64,000 nucleotides of DNA, taken from NCBI RefSeq assembly GCF_058153355.1, contig NZ_CM177019.1; one strand, written 5' to 3'. The notes beneath the pieces were generated by a model, which saw only the letters and a program-made list of their open reading frames with translations, searched no databases and was not told the DNA's origin. Each line of letters starts with the position of its first letter. Within the stretch, counting starts at the first letter, position 1. The position numbers were made by a program, and so were the translations under genes. This document shows, piece by piece, positions 13,629-26,013 of the stretch.

Positions 13629-13648
13629 TACTGTATAAAATCACAGTT
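13629..13648. promoter_or_regulatory. LexA (SOS) box upstream of yebG
   Basis: tactgtataaaatcacagtt fits CTGT-N8-ACAG; yebG is a known SOS gene. Confidence 0.75.
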
Positions 13649-13665
13649 ATTATGAGAGGCTGCAA

Positions 13666-13956
13666 ATGGCGGTTGAAGTTAAATACGTAGTCATTCGTGA
13701 GGGCGAAGAGAAAATGTCGTTTACCAGCAAAAAGGAAGCCGATGCTTATGACAAAATGCTTGATACGGCGGATCTGCTTGACACCTGGCTGACAAATTCT
13801 CCAGTGCAAATGGAAGACGAGCAACGTGAAGCCCTTTCGCTATGGCTGGCAGAACAAAAAGATGTGCTGAGCACCATTCTGAAAACCGGCAAATTACCGT
13901 CCCCACAGGTCGTCGGTGCTGAATCCGAAGAGGAAGATGCCTCACACGCGGCCTGA
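13666..13956 (+). CDS. yebG: DNA damage-inducible protein YebG
   Basis: 96 aa, sequence and synteny. Confidence 0.9.
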   Translation: MAVEVKYVVIREGEEKMSFTSKKEADAYDKMLDTADLLDTWLTNSPVQMEDEQREALSLWLAEQKDVLSTILKTGKLPSPQVVGAESEEEDASHAA

Positions 13957-13974
13957 AGCAACTTGCGCTCCTGA

Positions 13975-14379
<405 letters not shown>

Positions 14380-14404
14380 TGGCCTCTGATAATTCGATTG
14401 ACCG

Positions 14405-14490
14405 TCGGCGGATGCGGCGCGAGTGCCTGGTCCGCCCTATAAGGCACTTCAATCGTAGGCCTGGGAAGACGCAACAGCGTCGCATCGGGC
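14405..14490. repeat. REP/BIME-like palindromic units
   Basis: cggatgcggcg... and gtaggcctgg...gcgtcgcatcgggca motifs in the yebF-yebE spacer. Confidence 0.5.
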
Positions 14491-14705
14491 AATCAGCATC
14501 AAACAATGCCACTCAAAACGTCAAATTACGTTCACCTAAAATACCCTTATCACCTGATATACAGTGAACACCTTACCTGGCGCGAATTTCTTTGAATAAC
14601 GGCCTGCCGACCCGCTTATTTGCGCATCTTTTGTCTCGATATACATTTTCTGACATCCTCATCCGCTATGCTACAGGCACTAAAAATGGTTATTGAGGAG
14701 CAAAT

Positions 14706-15365
14706 ATGGCTAACTGGTTAAATCAACTGCAATCCCTGCTTGGGCAAAGCAGTTCTTCTACCTCCTCGTCTGCGGATCAGGGATTGGGCAAACTTTTAGT
14801 GCCTGGCGCATTAGGCGGACTGGCTGGGCTGCTGGTCGCAAATAAATCAGCACGTAAACTTCTTACGAAATATGGCACCAACGCGTTGCTGCTTGGCGGC
14901 GGAGCGGTAGCGGGTACGGTGCTGTGGAATAAATACAAAGATAAAATTCGCGCGGCGCATCAGGACGAACCGCAGTTTGGCGCGCAAAGTACGCCGCTGG
15001 ATGAGCGTACGGCACGTTTGATCCTTGCGCTGGTCTTTGCCGCTAAAAGTGATGGTCATATTGATGCCAGAGAACGTGCGGCAATCGACCAGCAATTGCG
15101 TGAAGCCGGCGTGGAAGAGCAGGGGCGTTTACTCATTGAGCAGGCAATCGAACAACCGCTGGATCCACAACGCCTGGCTACCGGGGTCCGCAATGAAGAA
15201 GAGGCGCTGGAAATCTATTTCCTGAGCTGCGCGGCTATTGATATTGACCATTTTATGGAACGCAGTTACCTGAATGCACTGGGTGACGCGCTGAAAATCC
15301 CCCAGGACGTTCGTGACGGCATTGAACGAGATCTCGAACAGCAAAAACGCACTTTGGCGGAATAA
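14706..15365 (+). CDS. yebE: inner-membrane protein YebE (DUF533)
   Basis: 219 aa, sequence and synteny. Confidence 0.85.
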   Translation: MANWLNQLQSLLGQSSSSTSSSADQGLGKLLVPGALGGLAGLLVANKSARKLLTKYGTNALLLGGGAVAGTVLWNKYKDKIRAAHQDEPQFGAQSTPLDERTARLILALVFAAKSDGHIDARERAAIDQQLREAGVEEQGRLLIEQAIEQPLDPQRLATGVRNEEEALEIYFLSCAAIDIDHFMERSYLNALGDALKIPQDVRDGIERDLEQQKRTLAE

Positions 15366-15544
15366 TTCCGCTCTGGATAGCCTGAAGTTGACTATTTCGG
15401 GCTATCCAGAACCGCACAGCCATTTGAGCAGGCTGATTTTCTCTGTCTGCATAACATTCGATATCCGCGCCATTACCTGTCATCATCTAAGCAATGACTA
15501 CCCTGTTTCGCTTGCATCCCCGGTGAGTTTTGCCACCCTTATAA

Positions 15545-18288
<2,744 letters not shown>

Positions 18289-18311
18289 GGCATGCTCCAG
18301 GCCGAAAAAGC

Positions 18312-18968
18312 CTAGCGTAATGGAATGATATCGCCTTGCCAACCCTGTGATGAACGCTGACCGACTAACAATAATGAACCACGATCGGCGCGAACGATGA
18401 GACGACCATGTTCATCCCATAGTGCACTGTTACCACGGGCATTTGCCATCAGCACGGCAATTGAGTACTGATGTGAAAAAAATTGTAAGCGGCGGGTCGA
18501 CGCCAGCAGGTCGGGTTCCCCCAGACATTGCCCTGTCGTAAATAGTGAACAGGTCGGATCCATATCCATACCTTGCGGTTGTTCATCGACCACCGTGATG
18601 GTTCTGGAACGACGGCCCAGACATGCACCATGACTCTGATGGTAGATCCCTGGCGTTTTTCGCCACGGTGCGAACACCGCAATTCCACGAATAAAGCGAT
18701 CGTTATATTCAACGGGAAGGCCGGCAATGATGGTCATTCGCCAGGTCGTTGCAGCATAACAAAGCGGGTCTAACAGCGAGAGATCGGGTGGGGCAGGAAG
18801 GGCACGTCGCGAATAATCACACCCCAGTAAAGAAAGCGATGGAAAAACTAACAGCTGACATTGTAGCCTGGCGGCGGCCCTCACAAACTCCAGATGATGA
18901 GCTACCTGTTCGGTCAGTGAGGTTTTACGAGGCTCATATTGCGCTGCTGCAACTTTCCAGAACGACAT
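18312..18968 (-). CDS. yobB: C-N hydrolase family protein YobB
   Basis: 218 aa, synteny between exoX and holE. Confidence 0.8.
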   Translation of the reverse strand: MSFWKVAAAQYEPRKTSLTEQVAHHLEFVRAAARLQCQLLVFPSLSLLGCDYSRRALPAPPDLSLLDPLCYAATTWRMTIIAGLPVEYNDRFIRGIAVFAPWRKTPGIYHQSHGACLGRRSRTITVVDEQPQGMDMDPTCSLFTTGQCLGEPDLLASTRRLQFFSHQYSIAVLMANARGNSALWDEHGRLIVRADRGSLLLVGQRSSQGWQGDIIPLR

Positions 18969-19069
18969 AATGACTTCCTTTTCAAAATGACTGCAAATTA
19001 TGGGTGCGGTTTAGAAAATACTCATAATTTAGCAGGCGTTATGTAAGAAAGTGTAACTCTGTATAAGTT

Positions 19070-19300
19070 TTATTTAAGTTTGGGCTCGTAAGGTAAACGT
19101 GACAGATTGACCGAAGCCAAACGGTGGGCGATAAGCCGCTCGTGAAACCAGCTGCGCAAATGTTCAGGCTGTTCACGTTCAACCGCTTCAGCGATCACCG
19201 GCATATTGTAGCGTTCTTTAAATGCCACCCCGGCTGCCGCCAAATCGACATTCACTTTATCCATTTCTGTTTGATCCAGTTTAGCCAGATTCTTCAGCAT
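19070..19300 (-). CDS. holE: DNA polymerase III theta subunit
   Basis: Start taken at [34 protein letters not shown], 76 aa. The track ORF is N-terminally extended. Confidence 0.9.
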   Translation of the reverse strand: MLKNLAKLDQTEMDKVNVDLAAAGVAFKERYNMPVIAEAVEREQPEHLRSWFHERLIAHRLASVNLSRLPYEPKLK

Positions 19301-19438
19301 TCTTAATCTCCTCATCATTCGCGGGCAAAAGTTACTAAGAGTGAGCCTAGATGGCAAGCCGGAATTGATGATCCTCGACTCAGACATTAGACAAGGTTAT
19401 GCTCTGTAAAAAAGTTATTACAAAAAGGAATAGATAAT

Positions 19439-19813
19439 ATGACTTCAACTGCACGCTCCCTTCGCTACGCGCTGGCAATCCTGACCACTACGTTGGTGAC
19501 ACCTTCCGTCTGGGCACATGCGCATTTAACGCATCAGTATCCTGCGGCAAACGCGCAAGTGACAGCTGCCCCGCAGGCAATCACTTTAAACTTCTCGGAA
19601 GGCGTTGAAACAGGATTCAGTGGTGCAAAAATCACGGGGCCAAAAAACGAAAATATTAAAACATTACCGGCGAAGCGGAATGAGCAGGACCAAAAGCAAC
19701 TGATTGTTCCACTGGCCGATTCGCTGAAACCCGGAACCTACACCGTTGACTGGCATGTTGTTTCGGTGGACGGGCATAAAACGAAAGGACACTACACCTT
19801 TAGCGTGAAATAA
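19439..19813 (+). CDS. yobA: CopC-family periplasmic copper-binding protein YobA
   Basis: 124 aa, signal peptide, followed by copD-like gene. Confidence 0.85.
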   Translation: MTSTARSLRYALAILTTTLVTPSVWAHAHLTHQYPAANAQVTAAPQAITLNFSEGVETGFSGAKITGPKNENIKTLPAKRNEQDQKQLIVPLADSLKPGTYTVDWHVVSVDGHKTKGHYTFSVK

Positions 19814-19816
19814 ATC

Positions 19817-20689
19817 ATGCTGGCGTTTACCTGGATCGCGCTGCGATTTATCCATTTCACCTCGCTGATGCTGGTTTTTGGCTTCGCAATGTACGGTGCC
19901 TGGCTGGCCCCCTTAACGATTCGTCGCTTGCTGACGAAGCGTTTTCTGCGTTTACAACAGCACGCTGCCGTCTGGAGTTTGATCAGTGCCACTGCAATGC
20001 TCGCCGTTCAGGGCGGGTTGATGGGAACGGGATGGTCAGATGTATTTTCGCCAAACATTTGGCTGGCTGTTTTGCAAACGCAGTTTGGTGGCGTCTGGTT
20101 ATGGCAAACTGTTCTCGCCCTCGTAACGTTGATCGTCGCCCTTATGCAACCGCGTAATATGCCACGTTTGCTGTTTATGCTCACTACCGCGCAATTTATT
20201 CTGCTGGCGGGAGTCGGGCATGCGACGCTGAATGAAGGGGTAACGGCGAAAATCCATCAGACTAATCACGCGATTCACCTGATCTGTGCGGCGGCGTGGT
20301 TTGGAGGATTACTGCCGGTGCTCTGGTGTATGCAACTCATCAAAGGCTGTTGGCGACACCAGGCTATTCAGGCGCTGATGCGTTTTTCCTGGTGCGGGCA
20401 TTTTGCGGTGATCGGCGTACTGGCAAGCGGCGTGCTTAATGCATTGTTGATTACCAGATTTCCCCGCACGCTTACGACTTACTGGGGCCAACTCTTATTG
20501 CTCAAAGCCATCCTGGTGATGATTATGGTGGTCATCGCGCTGGCTAATCGTTATGTTCTTGTACCGCGCATGAGGCAGGATGAAGATCGTGCGGCTCCCT
20601 GGTTTGTGTGGATGACTAAACTCGAATGGGCGATAGGTGCGGTAGTGCTGGTGATCATCAGCCTGCTTGCGACTCTCGAACCTTTTTGA
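19817..20689 (+). CDS. copD: CopD-family inner-membrane protein (YebZ)
   Basis: 290 aa polytopic membrane protein, synteny. Confidence 0.85.
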   Translation: MLAFTWIALRFIHFTSLMLVFGFAMYGAWLAPLTIRRLLTKRFLRLQQHAAVWSLISATAMLAVQGGLMGTGWSDVFSPNIWLAVLQTQFGGVWLWQTVLALVTLIVALMQPRNMPRLLFMLTTAQFILLAGVGHATLNEGVTAKIHQTNHAIHLICAAAWFGGLLPVLWCMQLIKGCWRHQAIQALMRFSWCGHFAVIGVLASGVLNALLITRFPRTLTTYWGQLLLLKAILVMIMVVIALANRYVLVPRMRQDEDRAAPWFVWMTKLEWAIGAVVLVIISLLATLEPF

Positions 20690-20701
20690 TGGATTACGAA
20701 A

Positions 20702-21043
20702 ATGATGAAAAAAAGTATTCTGGCGTTTCTGTTACTCACCAGTTCTGCAGCGGCGCTGGCGGCACCGCAGGTGATTACCGTCAGTCGTTTTGAAGTGGGT
20801 AAAGACAAATGGGCATTTAACCGCGAAGAGGTGATGCTGACATGCCGACCGGGCCATGCGTTGTATGTTATTAATCCGAGTACCCTCGTGCAGTATCCTT
20901 TGAACGATATCGCACAAAAGGAAGTCGCCAGCGGGAAGACCAATGCCCAGCCCATTTCGGTGATTCAGATTGATGATCCTAACAATCCAGGTGAAAAAAT
21001 GAGTCTGGCACCGTTTATAGAGCGAGCTGAAAAACTCTGTTAA
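20702..21043 (+). CDS. yebY: periplasmic protein YebY (DUF2511)
   Basis: 113 aa, signal peptide [20 protein letters not shown], synteny. Confidence 0.8.
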   Translation: MMKKSILAFLLLTSSAAALAAPQVITVSRFEVGKDKWAFNREEVMLTCRPGHALYVINPSTLVQYPLNDIAQKEVASGKTNAQPISVIQIDDPNNPGEKMSLAPFIERAEKLC

Positions 21044-21077
21044 TTACCTAAAATAGCCTTTTGATTTCCAATAAAAA

Positions 21078-21113
21078 ACCGCCTCAGTTCTTTCACCAGA
21101 ACAGGCGGTTTTT
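21078..21113 (+). terminator. yebY terminator
   Basis: aaccgcct...aggcggtt hairpin followed by ttttt. Confidence 0.8.
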
Positions 21114-21200
21114 AACATTCAAGCTGATGACCACCACGCTTTTTATTGACCATTTTGCACGCAAACTGGAAAACCTGGCGTCGTCATCTATTCTTAAAGG

Positions 21201-21304
21201 GCAAGGCAACTAAGCCCTGCATTAATGCCAACTTTTAGCGCACGGCTCTCTCCCAAGAGCCATTTCCCTGGACCGAATACAGGAATCGTATTCGGTCTTT
21301 TTTT
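21201..21304 (+). ncRNA. sdsR: SdsR (RyeB) small RNA
   Basis: gcaaggcaactaagccctgcattaatgccaacttttagcgcacggctctctcccaagagccatttccctggaccgaatacaggaatcgtattcggtcttttttt matches remembered enterobacterial SdsR, including the terminal hairpin and U-run. Location next to yebY is as in K-12. Confidence 0.8.
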
Positions 21305-21338
21305 AATTGCATTTGAAATCAATTGGTTGCAAATGTCT

Positions 21339-21358
21339 CCCCGAAATTCCCCGAAATT
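21339..21358. repeat. tandem direct repeat ccccgaaatt x2 (possible integrase arm-type sites)
   Basis: Exact 10-bp tandem duplication between the sdsR 3' end and int. Confidence 0.4.
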
Positions 21359-21371
21359 TACTCGAATTTCT

Positions 21372-21388
21372 GTATTCCGGTCTTTTTT
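21372..21388. repeat. degenerate second copy of the sdsR 3' terminator / att-core-like repeat
   Basis: gtattccggtctttttt here versus gtattcggtcttttttt at 21288..21304, differing by one indel. Confidence 0.5.
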
Positions 21389-21435
21389 GGTTATATCACA
21401 ACCAAAATACATTTAACAATCCATTTACGTTAAAA

Positions 21436-22512
21436 TCAGAGCAGTAAGTACGTTTTTTCTCTCTCATCAAGATACATTTTTGTTGTCTTCTCCGATGTGT
21501 GGCCAAGTAGACGCTGAGCAAATTCTTCTCCACATGTTTCTTTGTACAATCGTCCAGCCAGGCTTCTGACTTCGTGAAAAGTTGGTGGGTTTTCACTGAA
21601 CTGGATACCTGTTAATTTTCTGGCTGCGACAAATTTCTTTGTCAGGCCGTCCGGGTGAATGCTGCCGTCAGGGCTGTTTTTTCTAATCCCGGCACTGATT
21701 AGATAATCCCCCCTACTTACCATGCGGCACTGTTCAACTACTGCACCAAGTCGTAAACCAGCGACAGGAAGGCTGAGTGACAGGGGGATAGCAATCATCA
21801 TTCCTGTCTTAATTTGCCTGATGTGGAGACGATCATCATAAATATCACTGAACCGCATATTCGTTATGTCTTCGCGACGTTGTCCTGTTACAAGGGCTAA
21901 ATCCATAGCTAATGGGAACCATGCCGGAAGTTGATCTGCTGCCTCCCTGATGCAGTTGTATGTCTTTAGTTTCAGTCGTTCTCTTGTAACTACTATTTTC
22001 GGTGCTCTTGTTGGCGTGACTGGATTTTGAGATATACGTCCTTCAACAATGGCCTCGCGAAACATATCAGACAACACAGAACGCATTGATCCTGCCATTG
22101 TGTTTTTCCCTCCTTCAATCCACAAATCAAGAAACTCGGCAATATGGCGAGTGGTTATTTCTGTCAGTAAAATCTCTCCCAATTTTTCTTTTATTGTCTC
22201 CAGTTGATTTGCCCGAATTTTATAAGTATTTCTGGACACTTTTCTCCTTATAAGAATCGTTTTGTAACGTTCAATCCAGTCTGCCATAGTAAATGAGTCG
22301 AACCCTTTAAGCTTTTCAATTAAGGCAGCAGGAGAGTAGTTTTTGTATATATAATGATTTGCTTCAATTGCCTGCGCTACTGCATCTCTTCTTGAAATTT
22401 TACCTAGTGTAAATTCTTCTTTCGTCAGAGGGTTGCGCCAGTAATATGCTTTGTCTCTCCTTCGATATGTTAAGTTTCTAGGCAAATTGGGATCGTATTT
22501 TTTCCGCTGCAT
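21436..22512 (-). CDS. int: lambda-family tyrosine integrase
   Basis: 358 aa. N-terminal arm-binding-like region ([28 protein letters not shown]). C-terminal catalytic pattern ...[11 protein letters not shown]...[15 protein letters not shown]. Confidence 0.92.
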   Translation of the reverse strand: MQRKKYDPNLPRNLTYRRRDKAYYWRNPLTKEEFTLGKISRRDAVAQAIEANHYIYKNYSPAALIEKLKGFDSFTMADWIERYKTILIRRKVSRNTYKIRANQLETIKEKLGEILLTEITTRHIAEFLDLWIEGGKNTMAGSMRSVLSDMFREAIVEGRISQNPVTPTRAPKIVVTRERLKLKTYNCIREAADQLPAWFPLAMDLALVTGQRREDITNMRFSDIYDDRLHIRQIKTGMMIAIPLSLSLPVAGLRLGAVVEQCRMVSRGDYLISAGIRKNSPDGSIHPDGLTKKFVAARKLTGIQFSENPPTFHEVRSLAGRLYKETCGEEFAQRLLGHTSEKTTKMYLDEREKTYLLL

Positions 22513-22759
22513 GTTTTAACTTCTCCATTAACGGACTGTCTCTCCCTTGTCGCCCATTAGGCTGATGGTGTGTTATATCGGTATCAACCTTATTTGGGTT
22601 GATATAGAAAGCCTCCGGAACCACCCTGTAACTCCTCCCGTGTAGTTCAGGTGCAGGATAAATGTTTCCATTCCTTGCCCATCGTCTCAGCGTTGATATT
22701 GATGGTGGGTTATCCGGATATCTGAGTTTTCCCCACGTTTTGAGTGTCACAAGATTCAT
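22478..22759 (-). CDS. xis: excisionase-like DNA-binding protein
   Basis: Lambda-Xis-like pattern LVTLKTWGKLRYPDNPPSISTLRRWARNGNIYPAPELHGRSYRV. Overlaps the int start. Start taken at MNLVTL. Confidence 0.7.
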   Translation of the reverse strand: MNLVTLKTWGKLRYPDNPPSISTLRRWARNGNIYPAPELHGRSYRVVPEAFYINPNKVDTDITHHQPNGRQGRDSPLMEKLKHAAEKIRSQFA

Positions 22760-22781
22760 TGCCATACCTCTCACGATATGA

Positions 22782-22810
22782 CCGCCAGTAAATATACAGA
22801 ATACTGGCGG
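22782..22810. other. perfect 9-bp-stem hairpin upstream of xis
   Basis: ccgccagta-aatatacagaa-tactggcgg. Confidence 0.4.
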
Positions 22811-22865
22811 GTGTGGTTGATTTTTAATAATCAGCTATGAAGTTCTAATCTGGATATAATGAAAT

Positions 22866-23054
22866 TCACGAGGACTGAAGTTTCTCGCAATTAAAATTTA
22901 TCAGTTTTACTTTCTGCTCTCTGGAAACGCCTGCTTCTTTTTCCCCTGAGAGCATTTTTTCGCATTCTGATTTCGTTAGTTTTGTCTTTGAGTATCTTGT
23001 CCAGCTGGTAGGAGATCCACCTTCCTTTTCAATAGTGGCTGTAATTTTATACAT
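22866..23054 (-). CDS. hypothetical small protein
   Basis: 62 aa starting at MYKITATIEKEGG with a ggagg SD 5 nt upstream; low GC. Confidence 0.55.
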   Translation of the reverse strand: MYKITATIEKEGGSPTSWTRYSKTKLTKSECEKMLSGEKEAGVSREQKVKLINFNCEKLQSS

Positions 23055-23104
23055 GAACACCTCCATTAATATTTTCAAAAACCGTGTCCAAAATGCACTT
23101 GGTT

Positions 23105-24202
23105 TTACACCGGAATATTCTCATCGTATCCTGCTTGTTGCGTTTCGTTTTGTGTTTGTGGATCCGGGAATGCATATTCAACGCCTTCCAGTTCAATCCA
23201 TAGTGCATTACGACCAGCTTTGATTGTCGGCCAGTCCATACCTTTGATTCTTTCCCATGAGCGGGAGGTGAATGTTTTTTCCAGCAAATCAGCTTTTGCG
23301 CGTTTGGCGTCGTTACTGGTGCCCCCATGGTGCTTGTTGAGCAACTCGATAATTTCATCAAGTGCGATTTCTTTTGCACGCTTTTCTTTTAGCCATGTCG
23401 GTGTACCGTCGTTGGCAAATAATTCACTGTTATCCCGTGAGGTATCGATGCCGAGGTGTTCACCTCCCAGGTTAAGAAACTCGATATGAGGAAGAAAGTT
23501 TTTAAATGTTGGGTTTGAAAATACCTGTCCATCAATACGGGTGGAGCGATCTTTTAGTATTCTGGCGGTGCGCCACACCTGACCGGTTTCTATGTTCATT
23601 TGCTTCTCCATCTGGATCAGGATGGAGGGTTCATAACCGGTTTCTGTTTCTGCTTTCATTTTTATACCGGTTTTTGCCAACTGGCGTTTGCCATCATCAC
23701 CTTCGAAAAAGTCATACTCATATCCTGCACGCCCGCACATAATAATGTGCGCCTGACTGTTAACAAATCGATCGGTAAAGCGTCGCCACTCCTGTTTGAG
23801 CCACGCCCAGTCTGAAAATTCCAGTCCTCGTTTACGGTTTCGGCGTCTGGCATACTCGTCGCATAATCCGGTCCAGAAGTGACTGATGGAGTCGATGATC
23901 ATTACGGAACCGCTGCTTTCCGCTTCATTAATGGCTTCAAGCAGATCAACAAACGAGCGGGTTTTTGCCGTAAATAATTCGATGTTTTCCGCATCAAAGC
24001 GGGGTTTAACCCAGTCAGAGCCTGTTTCTGTGTCCAGAAACATTACCGGGCGGTTACCAGCTTCAATTCCCCGTTGCCGCATAAGCATTACCAGACCAAT
24101 AGCCAGTTCGCTTGCTGTGTAGGTTTTGCCGTCGCCAGCAAACCCCATAATTCCTGCTTTTAGATAGGCCTGTGTGTTTATTGCTCGTTGAAAAAGCGCC
24201 AT
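23105..24202 (-). CDS. phage AAA_24 / Sak4-like RecA-fold ATPase (putative recombination protein)
   Basis: 365 aa. Walker A GFAGDGKTYT, FLDTETGSD, Walker-B-like VMIIDSISHFW. Position in the early-left operon. Confidence 0.6.
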   Translation of the reverse strand: MALFQRAINTQAYLKAGIMGFAGDGKTYTASELAIGLVMLMRQRGIEAGNRPVMFLDTETGSDWVKPRFDAENIELFTAKTRSFVDLLEAINEAESSGSVMIIDSISHFWTGLCDEYARRRNRKRGLEFSDWAWLKQEWRRFTDRFVNSQAHIIMCGRAGYEYDFFEGDDGKRQLAKTGIKMKAETETGYEPSILIQMEKQMNIETGQVWRTARILKDRSTRIDGQVFSNPTFKNFLPHIEFLNLGGEHLGIDTSRDNSELFANDGTPTWLKEKRAKEIALDEIIELLNKHHGGTSNDAKRAKADLLEKTFTSRSWERIKGMDWPTIKAGRNALWIELEGVEYAFPDPQTQNETQQAGYDENIPV

Positions 24203-24207
24203 AGATT

Positions 24208-24468
24208 TTAGTCCTCCAAATCAATATCAACCTGGTGGTGGGCAATGGTTTCAGCCATGTACCGGATGTGTTCTGCCATGCGCTCCTGAAACTCAACATC
24301 ATCATCAAATGCGTGGCTGATTGCCTGTTTATTGGCACCGTGGCGTTGCAAATGGTCGATGCAGAGCGATTCAAACAGGTGCTGAGGCAGACCTTTTTCC
24401 AGGTCGTCCGCCAGTTCCGTTTCTTTTTCTTCACGAACGATCTGCTGGTAGTGACGAGCCCATGCCAT
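24208..24468 (-). CDS. hypothetical acidic protein
   Basis: 86-aa ORF tightly coupled upstream of the ATPase gene. Confidence 0.5.
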   Translation of the reverse strand: MAWARHYQQIVREEKETELADDLEKGLPQHLFESLCIDHLQRHGANKQAISHAFDDDVEFQERMAEHIRYMAETIAHHQVDIDLED

Positions 24469-24622
24469 TTCTTCAATACGATCAAAAATCGGGTAAGGCA
24501 GTATGACTTTCCGTGAGACAGATGCTGGCCAACGTGGGATATTTAACGCGGGTTAACATCGTTGTCAGAGCCGCATGGGTGAGCTGTTGCTACACCCCGG
24601 TATTTCCACCACGGAGGCCAGC

Positions 24623-25750
24623 ATGAACAACAATAACACATTGTACGTCGGGTTAGATGTTCACAAAGAATCGATTACTGTCGCTTATGCTATCAATTCA
24701 GAACCTGTTGAACTGATGGGTAAAATTGGCACATCACCTACTGATATTCAGAATCTTTGTAAACGTCTCAGGTCAAAGTCATCGCAGGTCAGTATCGTTT
24801 ATGAAGCGGGGCCCTGTGGTTATGGACTTTATCGTCGGCTGGTGAAATCCGGTTTTGACTGCATGGTCTGCGCCCCCTCACTTATCCCGAAAAAACCGGG
24901 GGAGCGGGTTAAAACCGATCGCCGTGATGCCATCAGACTTGTGCGTTCACTGCGTGCAGGAGATCTTTCTGCTGTCTACGTACCCGGCATTGAAGATGAG
25001 GCATTCCGGGATTTGGCCCGGGCATGGGCATCTGCCCGCGATGATTTACGGCATGCAAGGCAACGTCTGAAATCGTTTCTTCTGGTTCATGGGGTCCATT
25101 ATGTCGGGCGAGCAGATTGGGGCCCTGCACACCGACGCTGGCTCAGCAAATACTCATTCGAAAGTCCCTGGCGACAATTAGCTTTTGACGAACACCGTCG
25201 TACAATAGAAGACCGGCAGGCACAATGTGAACGGCTGGAATCCGCCCTGAAGGAGGCCGTTACCGAATGGAGGCTGTATCCGGTAGTAGAGGCGCTGCAA
25301 GCCATGCGAGGGATTCAGTTTATTACTGCGGTTGGATTAATTTCTGAACTGGGTGATCTGACCCGTTTTGAACATCCACGACAACTGATGTCATGGTTTG
25401 GTATCACGCCATCAGAATATTCATCGGGTGGAAGCAGACATCAGGGCAGCATTACCAAAGCCGGAAACAGCTATGCCAGAAAGCTATTGGTCGAGGCAGC
25501 GTGGAGTTACCGTCATCCGGCACGCATCAGTCCGGCAATACAAAAAAGGCAGGAAAATTTACCCCGCCCCGTCATTGACAGAGCATGGGATGCTCAACTC
25601 AGGCTTTGTAAGAGGTATCGAAAACTTCAGGCCAAAGGAAAGAATGTCAATATTACAATTGTTGCTGTTGCACGTGAGCTGGCGGGTTTTATCTGGGATA
25701 TGGGCCGAATAGCAATGTCTGTCGCACAACAACCACAATGTCACAAATAA
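24623..25750 (+). CDS. IS110-family (DEDD) transposase
   Basis: 375 aa from MNNNNTLYVGLDVHKESI (ggagg SD at 24613). Has the N-terminal RuvC-like LYVGLDVHK motif and the C-terminal Tnp-domain pattern MRGIQFITAVGLISELGDLTRF...GITPSEYSSGG. Confidence 0.9.
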   Translation: MNNNNTLYVGLDVHKESITVAYAINSEPVELMGKIGTSPTDIQNLCKRLRSKSSQVSIVYEAGPCGYGLYRRLVKSGFDCMVCAPSLIPKKPGERVKTDRRDAIRLVRSLRAGDLSAVYVPGIEDEAFRDLARAWASARDDLRHARQRLKSFLLVHGVHYVGRADWGPAHRRWLSKYSFESPWRQLAFDEHRRTIEDRQAQCERLESALKEAVTEWRLYPVVEALQAMRGIQFITAVGLISELGDLTRFEHPRQLMSWFGITPSEYSSGGSRHQGSITKAGNSYARKLLVEAAWSYRHPARISPAIQKRQENLPRPVIDRAWDAQLRLCKRYRKLQAKGKNVNITIVAVARELAGFIWDMGRIAMSVAQQPQCHK

Positions 25751-25767
25751 AAAATGAGAATAACCAG

Positions 25768-25954
25768 TTCCCTGAAGGCGACGTAGCCCGGTACAAGAGT
25801 AACCCACGTTAGCGCTTGGCGACGGCGGAACAAAGCTGATTCGCGACGTAAGAAAGTGGCAGGCTCATATGACGGACCTCTGTAATGCGGTATCCAACCC
25901 GCGAATATCAGCGTGATTCACCGTCGGATTTACTGCTACGTCGCCCTCAGGGAA
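25768..25954 (+). ncRNA. predicted structured non-coding RNA in the IS 3' end (candidate bridge/seek guide RNA)
   Basis: A 20-bp closing stem pairs 25768..25787 with 25935..25954 (one A/C mismatch). Nested stems pair 25820..25825 with 25921..25926 and 25835..25845 with 25900..25912. No credible ORF. Confidence 0.5.
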
Positions 25955-26013
25955 TTAAACCTAAAAAGAAAATCGTCAAAATTAGAGATTCCGGTTTGAC
26001 ACGGAAAGTCATA

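Larger units (their letters stand above)
24502..26013 (+). mobile_element. IS110-family insertion sequence, IS1111-like subgroup (about 1.5 kb)
   Basis: 14-bp inverted repeats tatgactttccgtg (24502..24515) and cacggaaagtcata (26000..26013) bracket a DEDD-type transposase gene. The 5' leader is short and the 3' non-coding end is about 260 bp. The element interrupts the phage early-left operon. Confidence 0.8.
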
